From NCBI GenBank assembly GCA_964016885.1, contig OZ024742.1, positions 277,326,001 through 277,390,000 of the forward strand: a DNA stretch of 64,000 nt, read 5' to 3'. Numbering within the stretch: the stretch's first letter is position 1; the number at the start of each line of letters is the position of its first letter. The notes beneath the pieces are model-generated. The model made no database searches, was not told the origin of the DNA, and was given only the letters and a program-made list of their open reading frames with translations. Shown here in pieces: positions 50,508 through 63,826 of this stretch. A program made the translations under genes and the position numbers. The stretch is from Eledone cirrhosa (lineage: Eukaryota).

Positions 50508-51518
50508 TACATACACTTTTTATCTATGAAAGAACAAAATTTTAGATTTTTACACACATTCTCTCTTAGATGTTCAACATATCTTTCCATAACGATCGGT
50601 CAATTGTTAGCACTACACATGGCAACTACCATTTTCATCTGGCATTCTAGCATATTTAATTCTTTCCATTTTACCGTCGTCCCATCTCTGGCAACTAAAC
50701 AATCTCTCGTTTCGTTCATCTCAAAAATATTAATTCATGTTTGCACACACAAAGCTAAACTCAAAGCCTCAGCTCGAGCCAGCGCGGCTGGACCGAGGGG
50801 ACGCCATGACAATCTTCCCATTCCGTGACGGTAGGCCACACGTCTCTCTTGCTACACGATGTGGCACCTTCTCTAGCGGCAGCATGCTGCGTCCAGCTGC
50901 CAGCTTAGTATCCGCTGTTTGCCACGCCGAAGATGGGAAACTGTCCGAGTATTGGCCGCTTTCTTATATGTTTGTGGTAGAGCGAGTAGCAGTGGAGACT
51001 ACCAGTGTTCTTGACCCCTAGACAACGGCCCCCGCTCATGGCCATCGGAGCTGAGTTGGGTGAGCGAAGTTGCAAGTCTCCCCCAGTTTGATTGGCTCTA
51101 CCAGCTCGTCTCCGTCACCGTCCTCCCAGGCAATATATTCTTCATCCTGTCGGTACGAAGAGGTGCAGGGTATGATAGTTTCCACCTCATATTTCTCTTC
51201 TGCTGCCTAGATATTTCTTCCTAGACATATGTTACCGAAAGTTTTCAGAGTAATCGAAAGCAACAGCTGATTTTTGATTTCATAAAAACGACAACGACGA
51301 TATCAACATATGAGAAGAATACATTTGGAAAGGTTGATTGGTGGTAAGTATTTCCGTTGGACATGCAAAATTATTGCCGACGTATATTGTTGAAATATTG
51401 CACAAGTTTACTGATTAATGAAACAATGTTTCGACTATTACATCATCACTATTTAAATTGTGATAAGGACGCTTACAAATTGTTAGAAGAAGCAAAGAAT
51501 GGAGTAAAACAATTAGAG

Positions 51519-51590
51519 TTCCCATGCCGGGAATCGAACCCGGGCCGCCTGGGTGAAAGCCAGGAATCCTAACCACTAGACCACATGGGA
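51519..51590 (-). tRNA. trnE: tRNA-Glu(TTC) (unit 39)
   Basis: Consensus copy. Confidence 0.95.
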
Positions 51591-51771
51591 AGCCATTGCT
51601 GAAATGAGGAAATAGTACACTTTTAAATGTGACAATATATTAATAAACTGTAGAAACTTCTATATATTTATAGAAGCAGGCATAACATGACAGGCACGGT
51701 TTTCATTCATAGATAAATATCACTAGCGATTTCTTCAATACGTTGCTTTACTAAAGGTCACCACCTATACA

Positions 51772-51843
51772 TCCTCGGTAGTATAGTGGTAAGTATCCCC
51801 GCCTGTCACGCGGGAGACCGGGGTTCGATTCCCCGCCGGGGAG
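51772..51843 (+). tRNA. trnD: tRNA-Asp(GTC) (unit 39)
   Basis: Consensus copy. Confidence 0.95.
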
Positions 51844-52858
51844 GTACATATACTTTTTATCTATGAAAGAACAAAATTTTAGATTTTTACACACACACTC
51901 TCTCTTAGATGTTCAACATATCTTTCCATAACGATCGGTCAATTGTTAGCACTACACATGGCAACTACCATTTTCATCTGGCATTCTAGCATATTTAATT
52001 CTTTCCATTTTACCGTCGTCCCATCTCTGGCAACTAAACAATCTCTCGTTTCGTTCATCTCAAAAATATTAATTCATGTTTGCACACACAAAGCTAAACT
52101 CAAAGCCTCAGCTCGAGCCAGCGCGGCTGGACCGAGGGGACCGCATGACAATCTCCCCATTCCGTGACGGTAGGCCACACGTCTCTCTTGCTACACGATG
52201 TGGCACCTTCTCTAGCGGCAGCATGCTGCGTCCGGCTGCCAGCTTAGTATCCGCTGTTTGCCATGCCGAAGATGGCAAACTGTCCGAGTATCGGCCGCTT
52301 TCTTATATGTTTGTGGTAGAGCGAGTAGCAGTGGAGACTACCAGTGTTCTTGACGCCTAGACAACGGCCCCCGCTCATGGCCATCGGAGCTGAGTTGGGT
52401 GCGCGAAGTTGCAAGTCTCCCCCAGTTTGATTGGCTCTACCAGCTCGTCTCCGTCACCGTCCTCCCAGGCGATATATTCTTCATCCTGTCGGTACGAAGA
52501 GGTGCAGGGTATGATAGTTTCCACCTCATATTTCTCTTCTGCTGCCTAGATATTTCTTCCTAGACATATGTTACCGAAAGTTTTCAGAGTAATCGAAAGC
52601 AACAGCTGATTTTTGATTTCATAAAAACGACAACGACGATATCAACATATGAGAAGAATACATTTGGAAAGGTTGATTGGTGGTAAGTATTTCCGTTGGA
52701 CATGCAAAATTATTGCCGACGTATAGTGTTGAAATATTGCACAAGTTTACTGATTAATGAAACAATGTTTCGACTAATATTATCATCACTATTTAAATTG
52801 TGATAAGGACGCTTACAAATTGTTAGAAGAAGCAAAGAATGGAGTAAAACAATTAGAG

Positions 52859-52930
52859 TTCCCATGCCGGGAATCGAACCCGGGCCGGCTGGGTGAAAGC
52901 CAGGAATCCTAACCACTAGACCACATTGGA
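52859..52930 (-). tRNA. trnE: tRNA-Glu(TTC), C4A+G43C allele (unit 40)
   Basis: Two stem mismatches. Confidence 0.8.
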
Positions 52931-53111
52931 AGCCATTGCTGAAATGAGGAAATATTACACTTTTAAATGTGACAATATATTAATAAACTGTAGAAACTTC
53001 TATATATTTATAGAAGCAGGCATAACATGACAGGCACGGTTTTCATTCATAGATAAATATCACTAGCGATTTCTTCAATACGTTGCTTTACTAAAGGTCA
53101 CCACCTATACA

Positions 53112-53183
53112 TCCTCGGTAGTATAGTGGTAAGTATCCCCGCCTGTCACGCGGGAGACCGGGGTTCGATTCCCCGCCGGGGAG
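53112..53183 (+). tRNA. trnD: tRNA-Asp(GTC) (unit 40)
   Basis: Consensus copy. Confidence 0.95.
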
Positions 53184-54197
53184 GTACATATACTTTTTAT
53201 CTATGAAAGAACAACATTTTAGATTTTTACACACACACTCTCTCTTAGATGTTCAACATATCTTTCCATAACGATCGGTCAATTGTTAGCACTACACATG
53301 GCAACTACCATTTTCATCTGGCATTCTAGCATATTTAATTCTTTCCATTTTACCGTCGTCCCATCTCTGGCAACTAAACAATCTCTCGTTTCGTTCATCT
53401 CAAAAATATTAATTCATGTTTGCACACACAAAGCTAAACTCAAAGCCTCAGCTCGAGCCAGCGCGGCTGGACCGAGGGGACGCCATGACAATCTTCCCAT
53501 TCCGTGACGGTAGGCCACACGTCTCTCTTGCTACACGATGTGGCACCTTCTCTAGCGGCAGCATGCTGCGTCCGGCTGCCAGCTTAGTATCCGCTGTTTG
53601 CCATGCCGAAGATGGGAAACTGTCCGAGTATTGGCCGCTTTCTTATATGTTTGTGGTAGAGCGAGTAGCAGTGGAGACTACCAGTGTTCTTGACCCCTAG
53701 ACAACGGCCCCCGCTCATGGCCATCGGAGCTGAGTTGGGTGCGCGAAGTTGCAAGTCTCCCCCAGTTTGATTGGCTCTACCAGCTCGTCTCCGTCACCGT
53801 CCTCCCAGGCAATATATTCTTCATCCTGTCGGTACGAAGAGGTGCAGGGTATGATAGTTTCCACCTCATATTTCTCTTCTGCTGCCTAGATATTTCTTCC
53901 TAGACATATGTTACCGAAAGTTTTCAGAGTAATCGAAAGCAACAGCTGATTTTTGATTTCATAAAAACGACAACGACGATATCAACATAAGAGAAGAATA
54001 CATTTGGAAAGGTTGATTGGTGGTAAGTATTTCCGTTGGACATGCAAAATTATTGCCGACGTATAGTGTTGAAATAATGCACAAGTTTACTGATTAATGA
54101 AACAATGTTTCGACTATTACATCATCACTATTTAAATTGTGATAAGGACGCTTACAAATTGTTAGAAGAAGCAAAGAATGGATTAAAACAATTAGAG

Positions 54198-54269
54198 TTC
54201 CCATGCCGGGAATCGAACCCGGGCCGCCTGGGTGAAAGCCAGGAATCCTAACCACTAGACCACATGGGA
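54198..54269 (-). tRNA. trnE: tRNA-Glu(TTC) (unit 41)
   Basis: Consensus copy. Confidence 0.95.
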
Positions 54270-54450
54270 AGCCATTGCTGAAATGAGGAAATAGTACACT
54301 TTTAAATGTGACAATATATTAATAAACTGTAGAAACTTCTATATATTTATAGAAGCAGGCATAACATGACAGGCACGGTTTTCATTCATAGATAAATATC
54401 ACTAGCGATTTCTTCAATACGTTGCTTTACTAAAGGTCACCGCCTATACA

Positions 54451-54522
54451 TCCTCGGTAGTATAGTGGTAAGTATCCCCGCCTGTCACGCGGGAGACCGG
54501 GGTTCGATTCCCCGCCGGGGAG
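54451..54522 (+). tRNA. trnD: tRNA-Asp(GTC) (unit 41)
   Basis: Consensus copy. Confidence 0.95.
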
Positions 54523-55537
54523 GTACATATACTTTTTATCTATGAAAGAACAAAATTTTAGATTTTTACACACACACTCTCTCTTAGATGTTCAACATAT
54601 CTTTCCATAACGATCGGTCAATTGTTAGCACTACACATGGCAACTACCATTTTCATCTGGCATTCTAGCATATTTAATTCTTTCCATTTTACCGTCGTCC
54701 CATCTCTGGCAACTAAACAATCTCTCGTTTCGTTCATCTCAAAAATATTAATTCATGTTTGCACACACAAAGCTAAACTCAAAGCCTCAGCTCGAGCCAG
54801 CGCGGCTGGACCGAGGGGACGCCATGACAATCTTCCCATTCCGTGACGGTAGGCCACACGTCTCTCTTGCTACACGATGTGGCACCTTCTCTAGCGGCAG
54901 CATGCTGCGTCCAGCTGCCAGCTTAGTATCCGCTGTTTGCCACGCCGAAGATGGGAAACTGTCCGAGTATTGGCCGCTTTCTTATATGTTTGTGGTAGAG
55001 CGAGTAGCAGTGGAGACTACCAGTGTTCTTGACCCCTAGACAACGGCCCCCGCTCATGGCCATCGGAGCTGAGTTGGGTGAGCGAAGTTGCAAGTCTCCC
55101 CCAGTTTGATTGGCTCTACCAGCTCGTCTCCGTCACCGTCCTCCCAGGCAATATATTCTTCATCCTGTCGGTACGAAGAGGTGCAGGGTAAGATAGTTTC
55201 CACCTCATATTTCTCTTCTGCTGCCTAGATATTTCTTCCTAGACATATGTTACCGAAAGTTTTCAGAGTAATCGAAAGCAACAGCTGATTTTTGATTTCA
55301 TAAAAACGACAACGACGATATCAACATATGAGAAGAATACATTTGGAAAGGTTGATTGGTGGTAAGTATTTCCGTTGGACATGCAAAATTATTGCCGACG
55401 TATAGTGTTGAAATATTGCACAAGTTTACTGATTAATGAAACAATGTTTCGACTAATATTATCATCACTATTTAAATTGTGATAAGGACGCTTACAAATT
55501 GTTAGAAGAAGCAAAGAATGGAGTAAAACAATTAGAG

Positions 55538-55609
55538 TTCCCATGCCGGGAATCGAACCCGGGCCGGCTGGGTGAAAGCCAGGAATCCTAACCACTAGAC
55601 CACATTGGA
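55538..55609 (-). tRNA. trnE: tRNA-Glu(TTC), C4A+G43C allele (unit 42)
   Basis: Two stem mismatches. Confidence 0.8.
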
Positions 55610-55790
55610 AGCCATTGCTGAAATGAGGAAATATTACACTTTTAAATGTGACAATATATTAATAAACTGTAGAAACTTCTATATATTTATAGAAGCAGGC
55701 ATAACATGACAGGCACGGTTTTCATTCATAGATAAATATCACTAGCGATTTCTTCAATACGTTGCTTTACTAAAGGTCACCACCTATACA

Positions 55791-55862
55791 TCCTCGGTAG
55801 TATAGTGGTAAGTATCCCCGCCTGTCACGCGGGAGACCGGGGTTCGATTCCCCGCCGGGGAG
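55791..55862 (+). tRNA. trnD: tRNA-Asp(GTC) (unit 42)
   Basis: Consensus copy. Confidence 0.95.
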
Positions 55863-56876
55863 GTACATATACTTTTTATCTATGAAAGAACAACATTTTA
55901 GATTTTTACACACACACTCTCTCTTAGATGTTCAACATATCTTTCCATAACGATCGGTCAATTGTTAGCACTACACATGGCAACTACCATTTTCATCTGG
56001 CATTCTAGCATATTTAATTCTTTCCATTTTACCGTCGTCCCATCTCTGGCAACTAAACAATCTCTCGTTTCGTTCATCTCAAAAATATTAATTCATGTTT
56101 GCACACACAAAGCTAAACTCAAAGCCTCAGCTCGAGCCAGCGCGGCTGGACCGAGGGGACGCCATGACAATCTTCCCATTCCGTGACGGTAGGCCACACG
56201 TCTCTCTTGCTACACGATGTGGCACCTTCTCTAGCGGCAGCATGCTGCGTCCGGCTGCCAGCTTAGTATCCGCTGTTTGCCACGCCGAAGATGGGAAACT
56301 GTCCGAGTATTGGCCGCTTTCTTATATGTTTGTGGTAGAGCGAGTAGCAGTGGAGACTACCAGTGTTCTTGACCCCTAGACAACGGCCCCCGCTCATGGC
56401 CATCGGAGCTGAGTTGGGTGCGCGAAGTTGCAAGTCTCCCCCAGTTTGATTGGCTCTACCAGCTCGTCTCCGTCACCGTCCTCCCAGGCAATATATTCTT
56501 CATCCTGTCGGTACGAAGAGGTGCAGGGTATGATAGTTTCCACCTCATATTTCTCTTCTGCTGCCTAGATATTTCTTCCTAGACATATGTTACCGAAAGT
56601 TTTCAGAGTAATCGAAAGCAACAGCTGATTTTTGATTTCATAAAAACGACAACGACGATATCAACATAAGAGAAGAATACATTTGGAAAGGTTGATTGGT
56701 GGTAAGTATTTCCGTTGGACATGCAAAATTATTGCCGACGTATAGTGTTGAAATAATGCACAAGTTTACTGATTAATGAAACAATGTTTCGACTATTACA
56801 TCATCACTATTTAAATTGTGATAAGGACGCTTACAAATTGTTAGAAGAAGCAAAGAATGGATTAAAACAATTAGAG

Positions 56877-56948
56877 TTCCCATGCCGGGAATCGAACCCG
56901 GGCCGCCTGGGTGAAAGCCAGGAATCCTAACCACTAGACCACATGGGA
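56877..56948 (-). tRNA. trnE: tRNA-Glu(TTC) (unit 43)
   Basis: Consensus copy. Confidence 0.95.
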
Positions 56949-57129
56949 AGCCATTGCTGAAATGAGGAAATAGTACACTTTTAAATGTGACAATATATTA
57001 ATAAACTGTAGAAACTTCTATATATTTATAGAAGCAGGCATAACATGACAGGCACGGTTTTCATTCATAGATAAATATCACTAGCGATTTCTTCAATACG
57101 TTGCTTTACTAAAGGTCACCACCTATACA

Positions 57130-57201
57130 TCCTCGGTAGTATAGTGGTAAGTATCCCCGCCTGTCACGCGGGAGACCGGGGTTCGATTCCCCGCCGGAGA
57201 G
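57130..57201 (+). tRNA. trnD: tRNA-Asp(GTC), G70A variant (unit 43)
   Basis: C3.A70 mismatch (CCGGAGAG). Confidence 0.87.
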
Positions 57202-58216
57202 GTACATATACTTTTTATCTATGAAAGAACAAAATTTTAGATTTTTACACACACACTCTCTCTTAGATGTTCAACATATCTTTCCATAACGATCGGTCAA
57301 TTGTTAGCACTACACATGGCAACTACCATTTTCATCTGGCATTCTAGCATATTTAATTCTTTCCATTTTACCGTCGTCCCATCTCTGGCAACTAAACAAT
57401 CTCTCGTTTCGTTCATCTCAAAAATATTAATTCATGTTTGCACACACAAAGCTAAACTCAAAGCCTCAGCTCGAGCCAGCGCGGCTGGACCGAGGGGACG
57501 CCATGACAATCTTCCCATTCCGTGACGGTAGGCCACACGTCTCTCTTGCTACACGATGTGGCACCTTCTCTAGCGGCAGCATGCTGCGTCCAGCTGCCAG
57601 CTTAGTATCCGCTGTTTGCCACGCCGAAGATGGGAAACTGTCCGAGTATTGGCCGCTTTCTTATATGTTTGTGGTAGAGCGAGTAGCAGTGGAGACTACC
57701 AGTGTTCTTGACCCCTAGACAACGGCCCCCGCTCATGGCCATCGGAGCTGAGTTGGGTGAGCGAAGTTGCAAGTCTCCCCCAGTTTGATTGGCTCTACCA
57801 GCTCGTCTCCGTCACCGTCCTCCCAGGCAATATATTCTTCATCCTGTCGGTACGAAGAGGTGCAGGGTATGATAGTTTCCACCTCATATTTCTCTTCTGC
57901 TGCCTAGATATTTCTTCCTAGACATATGTTACCGAAAGATTTCAGAGTAATCGAAAGCAACAGCTGATTTTTGATTTCATAAAAACGACAACGACGATAT
58001 CAACATATGAGAAGAATACATTTGGAAAGGTTGATTGGTGGTAAGTATTTCCGTTGGACATGCAAAATTATTGCCGACGTATAGTGTTGAAATATTGCAC
58101 AAGTTTACTGATTAATGAAACAATGTTTCGACTAATATTATCATCACTATTTAAATTGTGATAAGGACGCTTACAAATTGTTAGAAGAAGCAAAGAATGG
58201 AGTAAAACAATTAGAG

Positions 58217-58288
58217 TTCCCATGCCGGGAATCGAACCCGTGCCGGCTGGGTGAAAGCCAGGAATCCTAACCACTAGACCACATTGGA
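58217..58288 (-). tRNA. trnE: tRNA-Glu(TTC), C4A+G43C+C49A allele, probable pseudogene (unit 44)
   Basis: Three stem mismatches. Confidence 0.72.
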
Positions 58289-58469
58289 AGCCATTGCTGA
58301 AATGAGGAAATATTACACTTTTAAATGTGACAATATATTAATAAACTGTAGAAACTTCTATATATTTATAGAAGCAGGCATAACATGACAGGCACGGTTT
58401 TCATTCATAGATAAATATCACTAGCGATTTCTTCAATACGTTGCTTTACTAAAGGTCACCACCTATACA

Positions 58470-58541
58470 TCCTCGGTAGTATAGTGGTAAGTATCCCCGC
58501 CTGTCACGCGGGAGACCGGGGTTCGATTCCCCGCCGGGGAG
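58470..58541 (+). tRNA. trnD: tRNA-Asp(GTC) (unit 44)
   Basis: Consensus copy. Confidence 0.95.
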
Positions 58542-59555
58542 GTACATATACTTTTTATCTATGAAAGAACAAAATTTTAGATTTTTACACACACACTCTC
58601 TCTTAGATGTTCAACATATCTTTCCATAACGATCGGTCATTTATTAGCACTACACATGGCAACTACCATTTTCATCTGGCATTCTAGCATATTTAATTCT
58701 TTCCATTTTACCGTCGTCCCATCTCTGGCAACTAAACAATCTCTAGTTTCGTTCATCTCAAAAATATTAATTCATGTTTGCACACACAAAGCTAAACTCA
58801 AAGCCTCAGCTCGAGCCAGCGCGGCTGGACCGAGGGGACCGCATGACAATCTCCCCATTCCGTGACGGTAGGCCACACGTCTCTCTTGCTACACGATGTG
58901 GCACCTTCTCTAGCGGCAGCATGCTGCGTCCGGCTGCCAGCTTAGTATCCGCTGTTTGCCACGCCGAAGATGGCAAACTGTCCGAGTATCGGCCGCTTTC
59001 TTATATGTTTGTGGTAGAGCGAGTAGCAGTGGAGACTACCAGTGTTCTTGACGCCTAGACAACGGCCCCCGCTCATGGCCATCGGAGCTGAGTTGGGTGC
59101 GCGAAGTTGCAAGTCTCCCCCAGTTTGATTGGCTCTACCAGCTCGTCTCCGTCACCGTCCTCCCAGGCAATATATTCTTCATCCTGTCGGTACGAAGAGG
59201 TGCAGGGTATGATAGTTTCCACCTCATATTTCTCTTCTGCTGCCTAGATATTTCTTCCTAGACATATGTTACCGAAAGTTTTCAGAGTAATCGAAAGCAA
59301 CAGCTGATTTTTGATTTCATAAAAACGACAACGACGATATCAACATAAGAGAAGAATACATTTGGAAAGGTTGATTGGTGGTAAGTATTTCCGTTGGACA
59401 TGCAAAATTATTGCCGACGTATAGTGTTGAAATATTGCACAAGTTTACTGATTAATGAAACAATGTTTCGACTATTACATCATCACTATTTAAATTGTGA
59501 TAAGGACGCTTACAAATTGTTAGAAGAAGCAAAGAATGGAGTAAAACAATTAGAG

Positions 59556-59627
59556 TTCCCATGCCGGGAATCGAACCCGGGCCGGCTGGGTGAAAGCCAG
59601 GAATCCTAACCACTAGACCACATTGGA
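59556..59627 (-). tRNA. trnE: tRNA-Glu(TTC), C4A+G43C allele (unit 45)
   Basis: Two stem mismatches. Confidence 0.8.
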
Positions 59628-59808
59628 AGCCATTGCTGAAATGAGGAAATATTACACTTTTAAATGTGACAATATATTAATAAACTGTAGAAACTTCTAT
59701 ATATTTATAGAAGCAGGCATAACATGACAGGCACGGTTTTCATTCATAGATAAATATCACTAGCGATTTCTTCAATACGTTGCTTTACTAAAGGTCACCA
59801 CCTATACA

Positions 59809-59880
59809 TCCTCGGTAGTATAGTGGTAAGTATCCCCGCCTGTCACGCGGGAGACCGGGGTTCGATTCCCCGCCGGGGAG
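59809..59880 (+). tRNA. trnD: tRNA-Asp(GTC) (unit 45)
   Basis: Consensus copy. Confidence 0.95.
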
Positions 59881-60894
59881 GTACATATACTTTTTATCTA
59901 TGAAAGAACAACATTTTAGATTTTTACACACACACTCTCTCTTAGATGTTCAACATATCTTTCCATAACGATCGGTCAATTGTTAGCACTACACATGGCA
60001 ACTACCATTTTCATCTGGCATTCTAGCATATTTAATTCTTTCCATTTTACCGTCGTCCCATCTCTGGCAACTAAACAATCTCTCGTTTCGTTCATCTCAA
60101 AAATATTAATTCATGTTTGCACACACAAAGCTAAACTCAAAGCCTCAGCTCGAGCCAGCGCGGCTGGACCGAGGGGACGCCATGACAATCTTCCCATTCC
60201 GTGACGGTAGGCCACACGTCTCTCTTGCTACACGATGTGGCACCTTCTCTAGCGGCAGCATGCTGCGTCCGGCTGCCAGCTTAGTATCCGCTGTTTGCCA
60301 TGCCGAAGATGGGAAACTGTCCGAGTATTGGCCGCTTTCTTATATGTTTGTGGTAGAGCGAGTAGCAGTGGAGACTACCAGTGTTCTTGACCCCTAGACA
60401 ACGGCCCCCGCTCATGGCCATCGGAGCTGAGTTGGGTGCGCGAAGTTGCAAGTCTCCCCCAGTTTGATTGGCTCTACCAGCTCGTCTCCGTCACCGTCCT
60501 CCCAGGCAATATATTCTTCATCCTGTCGGTACGAAGAGGTGCAGGGTATGATAGTTTCCACCTCATATTTCTCTTCTGCTGCCTAGATATTTCTTCCTAG
60601 ACATATGTTACCGAAAGTTTTCAGAGTAATCGAAAGCAACAGCTGATTTTTGATTTCATAAAAACGACAACGACGATATCAACATAAGAGAAGAATACAT
60701 TTGGAAAGGTTGATTGGTGGTAAGTATTTCCGTTGGACATGCAAAATTATTGCCGACGTATAGTGTTGAAATAATGCACAAGTTTACTGATTAATGAAAC
60801 AATGTTTCGACTATTACATCATCACTATTTAAATTGTGATAAGGACGCTTACAAATTGTTAGAAGAAGCAAAGAATGGATTAAAACAATTAGAG

Positions 60895-60966
60895 TTCCCA
60901 TGCCGGGAATCGAACCCGGGCCGCCTGGGTGAAAGCCAGGAATCCTAACCACTAGACCACATGGGA
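60895..60966 (-). tRNA. trnE: tRNA-Glu(TTC) (unit 46)
   Basis: Consensus copy. Confidence 0.95.
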
Positions 60967-61147
60967 AGCCATTGCTGAAATGAGGAAATAGTACACTTTT
61001 AAATGTGACAATATATTAATAAACTGTAGAAACTTCTATATATTTATAGAAGCAGGCATAACATGACAGGCACGGTTTTCATTCATAGATAAATATCACT
61101 AGCGATTTCTTCAATACGTTGCTTTACTAAAGGTCACCGCCTATACA

Positions 61148-61219
61148 TCCTCGGTAGTATAGTGGTAAGTATCCCCGCCTGTCACGCGGGAGACCGGGGT
61201 TCGATTCCCCGCCGGGGAG
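61148..61219 (+). tRNA. trnD: tRNA-Asp(GTC) (unit 46)
   Basis: Consensus copy. Confidence 0.95.
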
Positions 61220-62234
61220 GTACATATACTTTTTATCTATGAAAGAACAAAATTTTAGATTTTTACACACACACTCTCTCTTAGATGTTCAACATATCTT
61301 TCCATAACGATCGGTCAATTGTTAGCACTACACATGGCAACTACCATTTTCATCTGGCATTCTAGCATATTTAATTCTTTCCATTTTACCGTCGTCCCAT
61401 CTCTGGCAACTAAACAATCTCTCGTTTCGTTCATCTCAAAAATATTAATTCATGTTTGCACACACAAAGCTAAACTCAAAGCCTCAGCTCGAGCCAGCGC
61501 GGCTGGACCGAGGGGACGCCATGACAATCTTCCCATTCCGTGACGGTAGGCCACACGTCTCTCTTGCTACACGATGTGGCACCTTCTCTAGCGGCAGCAT
61601 GCTGCGTCCAGCTGCCAGCTTAGTATCCGCTGTTTGCCACGCCGAAGATGGGAAACTGTCCGAGTATTGGCCGCTTTCTTATATGTTTGTGGTAGAGCGA
61701 GTAGCAGTGGAGACTACCAGTGTTCTTGACCCCTAGACAACGGCCCCCGCTCATGGCCATCGGAGCTGAGTTGGGTGAGCGAAGTTGCAAGTCTCCCCCA
61801 GTTTGATTGGCTCTACCAGCTCGTCTCCGTCACCGTCCTCCCAGGCAATATATTCTTCATCCTGTCGGTACGAAGAGGTGCAGGGTAAGATAGTTTCCAC
61901 CTCATATTTCTCTTCTGCTGCCTAGATATTTCTTCCTAGACATATGTTACCGAAAGTTTTCAGAGTAATCGAAAGCAACAGCTGATTTTTGATTTCATAA
62001 AAACGACAACGACGATATCAACATATGAGAAGAATACATTTGGAAAGGTTGATTGGTGGTAAGTATTTCCGTTGGACATGCAAAATTATTGCCGACGTAT
62101 AGTGTTGAAATATTGCACAAGTTTACTGATTAATGAAACAATGTTTCGACTAATATTATCATCACTATTTAAATTGTGATAAGGACGCTTACAAATTGTT
62201 AGAAGAAGCAAAGAATGGAGTAAAACAATTAGAG

Positions 62235-62306
62235 TTCCCATGCCGGGAATCGAACCCGGGCCGGCTGGGTGAAAGCCAGGAATCCTAACCACTAGACCAC
62301 ATTGGA
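62235..62306 (-). tRNA. trnE: tRNA-Glu(TTC), C4A+G43C allele (unit 47)
   Basis: Two stem mismatches. Confidence 0.8.
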
Positions 62307-62487
62307 AGCCATTGCTGAAATGAGGAAATATTACACTTTTAAATGTGACAATATATTAATAAACTGTAGAAACTTCTATATATTTATAGAAGCAGGCATA
62401 ACATGACAGGCACGGTTTTCATTCATAGATAAATATCACTAGCGATTTCTTCAATACGTTGCTTTACTAAAGGTCACGACCTATACA

Positions 62488-62559
62488 TCCTCGGTAGTAT
62501 AGTGGTAAGTATCCCCGCCTGTCACGCGGGAGACCGGGGTTCGATTCCCCGCCGGGGAG
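62488..62559 (+). tRNA. trnD: tRNA-Asp(GTC) (unit 47)
   Basis: Consensus copy. Confidence 0.95.
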
Positions 62560-63573
62560 GTACATATACTTTTTATCTATGAAAGAACAACATTTTAGAT
62601 TTTTACACACACACTCTCTCTTAGATGTTCAACATATCTTTCCATAACGATCGGTCAATTGTTAGCACTACACATGGCAACTACCATTTTCATCTGGCAT
62701 TCTAGCATATTTAATTCTTTCCATTTTACCGTCGTCCCATCTCTGGCAACTAAACAATCTCTCGTTTCGTTCATCTCAAAAATATTAATTCATGTTTGCA
62801 CACACAAAGCTAAACTCAAAGCCTCAGCTCGAGCCAGCGCGGCTGGACCGAGGGGACGCCATGACAATCTTCCCATTCCGTGACGGTAGGCCACACGTCT
62901 CTCTTGCTACACGATGTGGCACCTTCTCTAGCGGCAGCATGCTGCGTCCGGCTGCCAGCTTAGTATCCGCTGTTTGCCATGCCGAAGATGGGAAACTGTC
63001 CGAGTATTGGCCGCTTTCTTATATGTTTGTGGTAGAGCGAGTAGCAGTGGAGACTACCAGTGTTCTTGACCCCTAGACAACGGCCCCCGCTCATGGCCAT
63101 CGGAGCTGAGTTGGGTGCGCGAAGTTGCAAGTCTCCCCCAGTTTGATTGGCTCTACCAGCTCGTCTCCGTCACCGTCCTCCCAGGCAATATATTCTTCAT
63201 CCTGTCGGTACGAAGAGGTGCAGGGTATGATAGTTTCCACCTCATATTTCTCTTCTGCTGCCTAGATATTTCTTCCTAGACATATGTTACCGAAAGTTTT
63301 CAGAGTAATCGAAAGCAACAGCTGATTTTTGATTTCATAAAAACGACAACGACGATATCAACATAAGAGAAGAATACATTTGGAAAGGTTGATTGGTGGT
63401 AAGTATTTCCGTTGGACATGCAAAATTATTGCCGACGTATAGTGTTGAAATAATGCACAAGTTTACTGATTAATGAAACAATGTTTCGACTATTACATCA
63501 TCACTATTTAAATTGTGATAAGGACGCTTACAAATTGTTAGAAGAAGCAAAGAATGGATTAAAACAATTAGAG

Positions 63574-63645
63574 TTCCCATGCCGGGAATCGAACCCGGGC
63601 CGCCTGGGTGAAAGCCAGGAATCCTAACCACTAGACCACATGGGA
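63574..63645 (-). tRNA. trnE: tRNA-Glu(TTC) (unit 48)
   Basis: Consensus copy. Confidence 0.95.
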
Positions 63646-63826
63646 AGCCATTGCTGAAATGAGGAAATAGTACACTTTTAAATGTGACAATATATTAATA
63701 AACTGTAGAAACTTCTATATATTTATAGAAGCAGGCATAACATGACAGGCACGGTTTTCATTCATAGATAAATATCACTAGCGATTTCTTCAATACGTTG
63801 CTTTACTAAAGGTCACCACCTATACA

